The notes under the pieces are model-generated. The model was not told where the DNA came from and did no database searches. It saw only the letters and a program-made list of their open reading frames with translations. From Alphaproteobacteria bacterium (lineage in GTDB: Bacteria > Pseudomonadota > Alphaproteobacteria > GCA-2731375), in assembly GCA_965232515.1 (NCBI GenBank), contig CBDDPY010000002.1, positions 6,752,001 to 6,816,000 of the forward strand: a DNA stretch of 64,000 nt, written 5' to 3'. Position numbers and translations under genes: made by a program. Below are positions 58,440 to 64,000 of this stretch, piece by piece; position 1 is the stretch's first letter; each line of letters begins with the position of its first letter.

Positions 58440-59396
58440 ATGTATAGCTATATCGTGCGCCGCCTGGCCTTCGGCGGCCTGACCGTGTTCGGCGTCTCCG
58501 TCATTGTCTTCCTGATCATGCGCGTGATGCCCGGCGATCCGCTGGCCGCGATCTTCGGGCCGGAGGGCATGACCAAGCTGACGGAAGCGCAGCGCGCCAG
58601 CTACATGGAGGAGCTGGGCCTGTCGGACCCGCTGATCGTGCAGTATTTCCGCTGGATGGGGGACATTGCGCGCGGCGACCTGGGCCGGTCGTTCTTCCGC
58701 GCCGAAAGCGTCGGCGAGATGGTTATGCGGCGCGGACCGCTGACGGCGCAGATCGGCATCCTGTCGGTGATCTTGTCCTGGCTGATCGGCATTCCGGTCG
58801 CCATTATCAGCGCGCTCAGACCGAACAGCACCGCCGATACGACGGTGCGGGTCGTCACCATCACATGTCTCGCCGTGCCCGGCTTCTGGCTCGGCATGCT
58901 GATCGTGCTCGGCCTGCTGTTCGGCTTCGGCTATCGCGCGCCGCTGACCGGCGCGGCGCTGTTCGAGGACCCGTGGACGACCTTCCAGATTGTCATCGGG
59001 CCGGCCTTTGTGCTGGCGCTGGGGCAGGCGGCCTATATCGCCCGCATGGCCCGGTCGAGCCTGCTGGAGGTGATCCGCGAGGACTATGTGCGCACGGCCC
59101 GCGCCAAGGGCCTGAGTGGGCGGCTGGTGGTGAGCCTGCACGCCCTGCCGAACGCGCTGCTGCCGGTGATCACGTTGTCGGGCATCCTGCTGGGCTTCGT
59201 GCTCGCCGGCTCGATCCCGGTCGAGCGGGCCTTCGGCACGCCGGGCCTCGGCTACGCCATGTTCACCGCGGTCAACGAGCGCGACATCTTCGTGATGCAG
59301 AACCTGGTGTTCCTCTACGCCGTCGTCTTCGTGATGCTGAACATCATGGTCGACATCATCATCGCCTGGCTCGACCCGAGGATCCGATACCAATGA
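58440..59396 (+). CDS. Peptide/nickel ABC transporter permease (DppB/OppB)
   Basis: EDYVRTARAKGL, HALPNALLPVIT and WLDPRIRY. Confidence 0.93.
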   Translation: MYSYIVRRLAFGGLTVFGVSVIVFLIMRVMPGDPLAAIFGPEGMTKLTEAQRASYMEELGLSDPLIVQYFRWMGDIARGDLGRSFFRAESVGEMVMRRGPLTAQIGILSVILSWLIGIPVAIISALRPNSTADTTVRVVTITCLAVPGFWLGMLIVLGLLFGFGYRAPLTGAALFEDPWTTFQIVIGPAFVLALGQAAYIARMARSSLLEVIREDYVRTARAKGLSGRLVVSLHALPNALLPVITLSGILLGFVLAGSIPVERAFGTPGLGYAMFTAVNERDIFVMQNLVFLYAVVFVMLNIMVDIIIAWLDPRIRYQ

Positions 59397-60310
59397 CGCC
59401 GCGGCTCGAATCCGACCTGCCGCTGGAGCCGGGCCCCGGCGCCGCCGAGCTGCCGATCTGGCGGCGGGCCGCGAAGGGCCTCGCGACCTTCGCCCGGCGC
59501 TCGCCGCTGTCGGCCTTCTGGGGCTGCATCGCGCTGCTGATCGTGGTCATGGCCGTGGCCGCGCCGGCGATCGCGCCCTTCGATCCGCTGCAATCGGACT
59601 TCCGGCGCATGCAGAAGCCGCCGGATGCGCATAACTTCTTCGGTTCCGACCAGATCGGCCGGGACACGCTGAGCCGGGTCATTCACGGCAGCCGGACGTC
59701 GCTGACCGTGGCCATCGCCGCGGTGCTGCTCGGCACCACGTTGGGCTGCTTGTGGGGCCTGGCGAGCGGCTATTTCGGCGGCCGCTTCGACATCATCAGC
59801 CAGCGCATAATCGAGTTCGTACAGGCCTTTCCCGATCTGATACTTGCCATGGCCATCGCCATGGCGCTGGGCGCCGGCACCGACACGGTGATCATCGCCA
59901 TCGCCATCACCCGAATACCGTTCGGCGGGCGCGTCATCCGCTCGGTGGTGCTGTCCGTGAAGGAGATGTCCTTCGTCGAGGCGGCGCGCGGCCTCGGCGC
60001 CTCGCATTTGCGGATCATGCTGCGGCACATCCTGCCGCAATGCGTCGCGCCCTACCTGATCCTGGCCACGACCCATCTCGGCGTCGCCATCATCATCGAG
60101 GCCTCGCTCGGCTTCCTCGGCGTCGGCATCCCACCGCCCACGCCGACCTGGGGCAACATGCTGGCCGACGCGCTGAACGCGGGCCTGGTGCCACCCTGGT
60201 GGCTGGTGCTGTTCCCGGGCCTCGCCATCACCATCACCGTGCTGGCCTTCAACCTGCTGGGCGACGGCATCCGCGACATGCTGGACCCGCGGCTGCGCGG
60301 CTCCGTCTGA
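59393..60310 (+). CDS. Peptide/nickel ABC transporter permease (DppC/OppC)
   Basis: GSDQIGRD, FVEAARGLGA and FNLLGDGIRD; ATGA overlap with the previous permease. Confidence 0.93.
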   Translation: MTPRLESDLPLEPGPGAAELPIWRRAAKGLATFARRSPLSAFWGCIALLIVVMAVAAPAIAPFDPLQSDFRRMQKPPDAHNFFGSDQIGRDTLSRVIHGSRTSLTVAIAAVLLGTTLGCLWGLASGYFGGRFDIISQRIIEFVQAFPDLILAMAIAMALGAGTDTVIIAIAITRIPFGGRVIRSVVLSVKEMSFVEAARGLGASHLRIMLRHILPQCVAPYLILATTHLGVAIIIEASLGFLGVGIPPPTPTWGNMLADALNAGLVPPWWLVLFPGLAITITVLAFNLLGDGIRDMLDPRLRGSV

Positions 60311-60312
60311 GC

Positions 60313-61362
60313 TTACGCGTTCGCCGGCTTCTCCAGCGGGAAGGTGACGCCGTCGTCGTGGAGGTGGCAGGCGGCCCAGTGGCCGGGGACGACCTCGCGC
60401 AGGGCGGGCGACTCCTGCTTGCAGCGGGCCATGGCGTAGGGGCAGCGGGCGTGGAAGTGGCAGCCCGACGGCGGGTTGATCGGGCTCGGCACGTCGCCCG
60501 TCAGGATCACCCGCTGGCGACCCCGGGAGCGCGCCTTCGGGATCGGCACGGCCGAGAGCAGCGCTTCGGTATACGGATGCAGCGGCATCTCGAAGAGCGC
60601 GGTCTTGGTCGTGGTCTCGACGATGCGGCCGAGATACATGACGGCGACGCGATGGCTGATATGCTCGACGACCGCCAGGTCGTGGGCGACGAAAAGGTAG
60701 GACAGCTTGAGCTCGTCCTGCAGGTCCATCAGCAGATTGATGATCTGTGCCTGGATCGAGACGTCCAGCGCCGAGACCGGTTCGTCGCCGACGATCAGCT
60801 CCGGGTTCAGCGCCAGCGCGCGGGCGATGCCGATGCGCTGGCGCTGGCCGCCGGAGAATTCGTGCGGATAGGCATGCATCAACCGCGCCCGCAGGCCGAC
60901 ACGCTCGAACAGGCTGGCGACGCGTTCCTGCCGCTCCTGGCGCTCGGCGACCCGGTGGATGATCAGCGGCTCGGCGACGATGTCGCCCGCCGACATGCGC
61001 GGGTTCAGCGAGGCGTAGGGATCCTGATAGATCATCTGCATCTGCTGCCGGTAGGGCATCATCGCCGTCGCGTCGAGATCGGTGATGTCCTGGCCGGCAA
61101 CGGCGATCTGGCCGGCGGTCGGCTCCAGCAGCTTCAGCACGGTGCGGCCGACGGTCGACTTGCCGCAGCCGCTCTCGCCCACGAGGCCCAGCGTCTCGCC
61201 GCGCCCGATATGGAAGGAGACGCCGTCGACCGCGTAGACGTGGCCGGTGACGCGGGAAAACACGCCGGTGTGAATAGGGAAGTGCTTTTTGAGGTCGCGG
61301 ACCTCCAGCAGCGGGCCGGCCGTGTCGGCGCGGGGCTCCGGCGTCGATGCCGTGACGCTCAT
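60313..61362 (-). CDS. Peptide ABC transporter ATP-binding protein (OppF/DppF)
   Basis: [21 protein letters not shown] and HPYTEALL; true start MSVTAST overlaps the upstream stop. Confidence 0.93.
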   Translation of the reverse strand: MSVTASTPEPRADTAGPLLEVRDLKKHFPIHTGVFSRVTGHVYAVDGVSFHIGRGETLGLVGESGCGKSTVGRTVLKLLEPTAGQIAVAGQDITDLDATAMMPYRQQMQMIYQDPYASLNPRMSAGDIVAEPLIIHRVAERQERQERVASLFERVGLRARLMHAYPHEFSGGQRQRIGIARALALNPELIVGDEPVSALDVSIQAQIINLLMDLQDELKLSYLFVAHDLAVVEHISHRVAVMYLGRIVETTTKTALFEMPLHPYTEALLSAVPIPKARSRGRQRVILTGDVPSPINPPSGCHFHARCPYAMARCKQESPALREVVPGHWAACHLHDDGVTFPLEKPANA

Positions 61363-62417
61363 GCGCCCGCGCTCCACACGCGGTCGGCGTGCCAGCAGGC
61401 GACCCAGTGGCCCGGTCGTTTTTCTTCCAACGGCGGATAGGCGGCGCGGCATTCGTCGCTGGCGAAGCCGCAGCGCGCGGCGAAGGCGCAGCCCGGCGGC
61501 AGGTTGGCGAGCGAGGGCACCATGCCCTTGATCTCGTTCAGGCGCGCACGGCCGCCGTCGGCTAGGGCCGCATCGTCGAGGCTGGGAATGGCGCCGAGCA
61601 GGCCGAGTGTGTAGGGGTGGCCCGGCCGCTCGAACAGTTCGTCGACCTCGGCCTCCTCGACCTTGCGGCCGGCGTACATGACAACGACCCGGTCGGCATT
61701 CTCGGCGACCACGCCCATGTCGTGGGTAATCAGGATCACCGCCGCGCCGAGCGTCTCCTGCATCTCGCGCATGAGGTCGAGGATCTGGGCCTGGATGGTG
61801 ACGTCCAGCGCCGTGGTCGGCTCGTCGGCGATCAGCACCTTCGGATTGCAGGACAGCGCCATGGCGATCATCACGCGCTGCCGCATGCCGCCGGAAAGCT
61901 GATGCGGATAGGCTTGCACGCGGCGCTCCGGCTCGGGGATATGCACGCGGCGCAGCATCTCGACGGCCTGTTCCATGGCCTCGCGCTTGGACAGACCCTG
62001 ATGCAGGACGATCGCCTCGCTGATCTGTCGGCCGACGGTGAACAGCGGGTTCAGCGAGGTCATCGGTTCCTGGAAGATCATCGAGATGTCGTTGCCGCGG
62101 ATGGTCTCCATCTCTGGTTCGCTCAAGTCGAGCAGGTTGGCGCCCTCGAAACGGATGGCGCCGCCGACGATGCGTCCGGGCGGATCGGCGACGAGGCGCA
62201 GGATCGACAGCGCCGTCACGCTCTTGCCGCAGCCGGACTCGCCGACCACGCCCAGCGTCTCGCCCCGACGCACCTCGTAGGAAACACCGTCGACCGCCTT
62301 GACGACGCCGTCCTCGGTAAAGAAGTGCGTCCGCAGGTCGTCGACCTCCAGCACGACGTCTGCCGGGGCCGGGCGCGATTCGCGGTCCACTTGTTCCAAT
62401 GTCTCGGTTCGGTTCAC
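61359..62417 (-). CDS. Peptide ABC transporter ATP-binding protein (OppD/DppD)
   Basis: [20 protein letters not shown] and [12 protein letters not shown]; start position uncertain. Confidence 0.92.
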   Translation of the reverse strand: MNRTETLEQVDRESRPAPADVVLEVDDLRTHFFTEDGVVKAVDGVSYEVRRGETLGVVGESGCGKSVTALSILRLVADPPGRIVGGAIRFEGANLLDLSEPEMETIRGNDISMIFQEPMTSLNPLFTVGRQISEAIVLHQGLSKREAMEQAVEMLRRVHIPEPERRVQAYPHQLSGGMRQRVMIAMALSCNPKVLIADEPTTALDVTIQAQILDLMREMQETLGAAVILITHDMGVVAENADRVVVMYAGRKVEEAEVDELFERPGHPYTLGLLGAIPSLDDAALADGGRARLNEIKGMVPSLANLPPGCAFAARCGFASDECRAAYPPLEEKRPGHWVACWHADRVWSAGA

Positions 62418-62532
62418 AATAAGGGCCTCGGGATTGTAAGGAGTCGAGGTAACCGTCCCCGATACGCAACGCACACATAAGACCACAACGACCTGAATTG
62501 CGAAAACGCAATAGGCAATTGGGAGGAAGACG

Positions 62533-64000
62533 ATGCAGAACCAAGGAATTGTACCTCCGTGGTGGAGCCGGCGAAACTTCCTGAAAGGCAGCGCGGCCGT
62601 ATTGGCAGGCGCTTACGGTCTGTCCTGGGGCGCGGCGCGCGCGGCGATCCCCATGGAGTTCGACGGCTCGAAGTTCACGCTTGCCGCGCCGGAGCCCAAT
62701 CCGAAGTCGGGCGGCGTCCTGCGCTACGGCATCACCATGCGGCCGCCGCACCTGGACTTTCACCAGTCCGGCACGGTGAACAATCTCGGCAGCCAGGGCT
62801 GCATGTACGACAACCTGATCCGGCATGATCCACGCGACAGCGGCCAGTCGATCATCCCCGACCTGGCGCATAGCTGGGAGATCTCGAAGGACGGCAAGAC
62901 CTACACGTTCTTCCTGCGCAAGGGCGTCCTGTTCTCCGACGGCGCCGAGCTGACGGCGGACGACGTCAAGGCGACGTTCGATCGTATCGTCAAGCCGCCG
63001 GCCGGCATCAACATTCCGCGCAGCGCGCTGTTCACCTCGGTCAGCGAGGTCAACGTGCGCGACAAGTACACCGTCGAGTTCAAGCTCGAAGTGCCGCGGC
63101 CGCCCAGCTTCATCATGGCGGCGATCGCCAGCGGCTGGAACGGCATTGTCCGCAAGAAGACGCTGGAGGACAACAACTACAACCTGCGCAAAACGCTCGA
63201 CGTGCCGGGCACCGGCCCGTTCCGCAGCGTGCGGCGGGTCGAGCAGGAAGTCTGGGTCATGGAGAAGAACCCGGATTACTGGATGGAGGGGTTGCCCTAT
63301 CTCGACGGCATCGAGTTCTATCACGGCTTGCCGTTCTCGCCCGAGCTCGGCTCGGCCTTCCTGGCGGGCCGCACCGACTATGCGCGCCTCATCGATCCGG
63401 TGACGCGCCGCGAGGTCGACAAGCGCGACGGCATGACCGGCACCGACTATTTCCAGAGCGTCATCCAGGCGACCTGGGTCAACGCCAAACGTCAGCCGTT
63501 CGACGATCCGCGCGTGCGCCGGGCCATGCACCTGGTGCTGGACCGGCCGGTGCTGGTGGACGTGGTGAAGGACGTGGCGCCGATGATGGTCGGTGGCTTC
63601 ATCTATCCGTTCTCGGACGTGGCGACGCCGAAGGAAGACCTTGTCAAGCGGTTGGGCTATCAGCCGGATACGGCGGCGTCCGTCGCCGAGGCCAAGTCGC
63701 TGTTGGCCGCGGCCGGGCATCCGAACGGCATCCAGGGCCTCGATTTCCTGGTGCGCGAGGTGGCGAGCTTCAAGCTCTGGTCGCAGGCCATTCAGGCCAT
63801 GCTGCAGCAGACGCTGAACGTCCAGTGCAACCTCAGGACCGTGGTCGAGTCGGTCTGGTTCGACGACACCAACTCGGGCAATTTCGATATGTCGATCGGG
63901 GCCATTGTGTCGACGCTGATAGACCCGTCGGATTATTTCAACACCTGGTACGGCGAGGACGGACCGCAGAACTATTCGCAGTGGTCGGACAAGACCTTCT
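62533..64000 (+). CDS. Family-5 ABC substrate-binding protein, Tat-exported (3' truncated by window; absent from ORF track)
   Basis: RBS GGGAGGA; [12 protein letters not shown] Tat motif; [29 protein letters not shown] and [10 protein letters not shown]. Confidence 0.9.
   Translation, partial: MQNQGIVPPWWSRRNFLKGSAAVLAGAYGLSWGAARAAIPMEFDGSKFTLAAPEPNPKSGGVLRYGITMRPPHLDFHQSGTVNNLGSQGCMYDNLIRHDPRDSGQSIIPDLAHSWEISKDGKTYTFFLRKGVLFSDGAELTADDVKATFDRIVKPPAGINIPRSALFTSVSEVNVRDKYTVEFKLEVPRPPSFIMAAIASGWNGIVRKKTLEDNNYNLRKTLDVPGTGPFRSVRRVEQEVWVMEKNPDYWMEGLPYLDGIEFYHGLPFSPELGSAFLAGRTDYARLIDPVTRREVDKRDGMTGTDYFQSVIQATWVNAKRQPFDDPRVRRAMHLVLDRPVLVDVVKDVAPMMVGGFIYPFSDVATPKEDLVKRLGYQPDTAASVAEAKSLLAAAGHPNGIQGLDFLVREVASFKLWSQAIQAMLQQTLNVQCNLRTVVESVWFDDTNSGNFDMSIGAIVSTLIDPSDYFNTWYGEDGPQNYSQWSDKTF

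Noticed and set aside
61363-63720. 1135-aa minus-strand ORF 60313..63720 as one protein
   Set aside because: Only 60313-61362 is OppF; the rest is an alternative frame over oppD and antisense to the substrate-binding gene

Overview
GC-rich alphaproteobacterial chromosomal window, probably Rhodospirillales/Rhizobiales-like (usg-groESL, Tat-exported PhoD and alpha-type palindromic repeats). It carries about 65 CDS, mostly metabolic and transport genes: hydA, TauD, groESL with a sigma-32 promoter and CIRCE, phoD with a Pho box, nucleoside ABC, TRAP, MMPL and peptide ABC transporters, a TPP riboswitch with a ThiD-Nudix fusion, ArsR-SRPBCC-ClpP, sodC and an OsmC-FMO operon. No rRNA, tRNA, CRISPR array or transposase was seen. 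Four features stand out. (1) At 25.4-31.45 kb, two tandem winged-helix/TPR one-component regulators sit divergently from four translationally coupled, paralogous secreted proteins. These have constant and variable blocks and an unusual PEP-CTERM-like tail (VS[LA]PGT-TM-WLCCR), and a 3x11-bp direct-repeat operator occurs three times in the locus. (2) A hidden selenoprotein (WASW-U-GCR with a SECIS-like hairpin) is split in two by the ORF track. (3) A dispersed ATT[AC]CGGTGACAG repeat family marks the lower-GC, foreign-looking segments. (4) A ThiD-Nudix fusion lies under a TPP riboswitch. All calls come from motif recognition; no database searches were run.
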